Source of the DNA: Octopus sinensis
Lineage: Eukaryota
Length of the DNA: 64,000 bases
Direction: 5' to 3'
Assembly (NCBI RefSeq): GCF_006345805.1
Contig: NC_043000.1
Location: 142,042,001 to 142,106,000 of the forward strand
Of the stretch, positions 62,732 through 64,000 are shown piece by piece. The notes under the pieces are model-generated. The model was given only the letters and a program-made list of their open reading frames with translations, did no database searches and was not told the DNA's origin. The first letter of the stretch is position 1, and each line of letters opens with the position of its first letter. The position numbers and the translations under genes were made by a program.

Positions 62732-64000
62732 TACGTTGACGGTGATGTTGAGAAGGGAAATATTATTACGGAGATGAAGAAGAAGAAGAAGAAAGACGAA
62801 GGAATCCATCAAAATTATAATGGTAGCGAATATAACGGTAGCAGCAGCAACGACAACAACAGCAACAATATGGCTACTACTAACAATAACAATAATAATA
62901 AATAAATAAGAAATAAATAAGAAATAAATATGAGAAAATCGAAAGAATATTCTTATATTGTATGATACGATTTGAATAGTAGCGCAATATCCTTTTGTGC
63001 GATTCATTATATTCCCTCGGGCGCAATTTACTTCACATTTATATCAGTTGCAGATATCTAAATTCTCAGTAATCGTTTATTCCTTAAATGCAATGTCTTT
63101 CATTCCCAACTTGTTTGACAGATTTGCTTTTTTTTTTTTTTCTTCTTTCTTCTTCTCAAACTGAAGTAAAGGAGTAGCCTTCGGCATCGAATAAGTCAAA
63201 GGCAGTTAAACCCCCCCCACCACCACCACCACCACACACTTAAACACTGTTGCTAATTCTTTCTTTAGCTATATTTGTTTAAATGGAATCCTTCACGAGG
63301 TACAAAAAAAAACAACAAAAAAAACCAAAAAACAAAAACGAAAAGCAAAACTGAAGAAAGTGACGCCTTCGCCAGTTATAGAAAACACTGACCTAAGAAA
63401 TAGAGACGAAAAGATAATCAATACTTCATTTGACGAATACGCCACGACAAAGTGTTATTTTCTACAATGAACGTGAACATTGAATCGCAACCTCCAATCC
63501 ACCCTATCATATGAAATACTGTCATATTCTGTTAAAAACAATAAAATGAAATAAAAAGCAAAATAAACGCACTTCCATTATCCACCAGGGATATATGGTG
63601 ACAAAACGACCAGGCTTATTGTACCAAAAAAGAAGACAAAGAAAAATAACAGCAATAATATGCCAAGGCATTACTATATATCAGGATTGCATGTCAATTG
63701 TGTTATGTCACGGTAATGTGCATATCTATCCGAATGCATGGCTATATAAAAAAAAATTCTAACGTACGTATAATAATTGATTTACCACATATTTTTCTGT
63801 ATTTTGATATTTGTAGGTTCCCTTCTTTGGTATAGTTTTATTGGTTCGCTTTAGCTTACAGTCACATTGATATATTAACCTTCCTTTACTCTTGTATAGT
63901 CACAAGTTAAAACATTAAATAGGTGAACATTTTTACCAAAATATTAAAAAAAATGTTCTGATACAAGCATTGTGTCTCGCAGTTGAAAGAAATAATAAAT

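Overview
AT-rich, microsatellite-dense eukaryotic DNA with no intact host protein-coding gene that I can support. The tRNA-derived SINE families and repeat spectrum point to an octopus genome (inference). The window is mostly transposon debris: at least three tRNA-derived SINE families (about 20 copies or fragments), R4/Dong-type RLE LINE fragments in trinucleotide microsatellites, two mariner relics plus a mariner-type MITE, an internally deleted Ty3/Gypsy element, and Penelope-like elements (PLEs). The largest element is a 4.3-kb PLE (RT plus GIY-YIG, minus strand) with ~0.82-kb inverted terminal repeats. The most notable signal is a recurring architecture: head-to-head fold-back elements bounded by TA-rich or (TA)n sequence, three of which carry outward-facing type I hammerhead ribozymes (HHRs). 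I find six complete or near-complete HHR motifs from five unrelated sequence families between 3.0 and 26.2 kb. All have a self-complementary stem III, and one family carries a compensatory U3-A8 core. Nearly all ORFs in the supplied track are microsatellite artefacts. All alignments and folds were done by eye.
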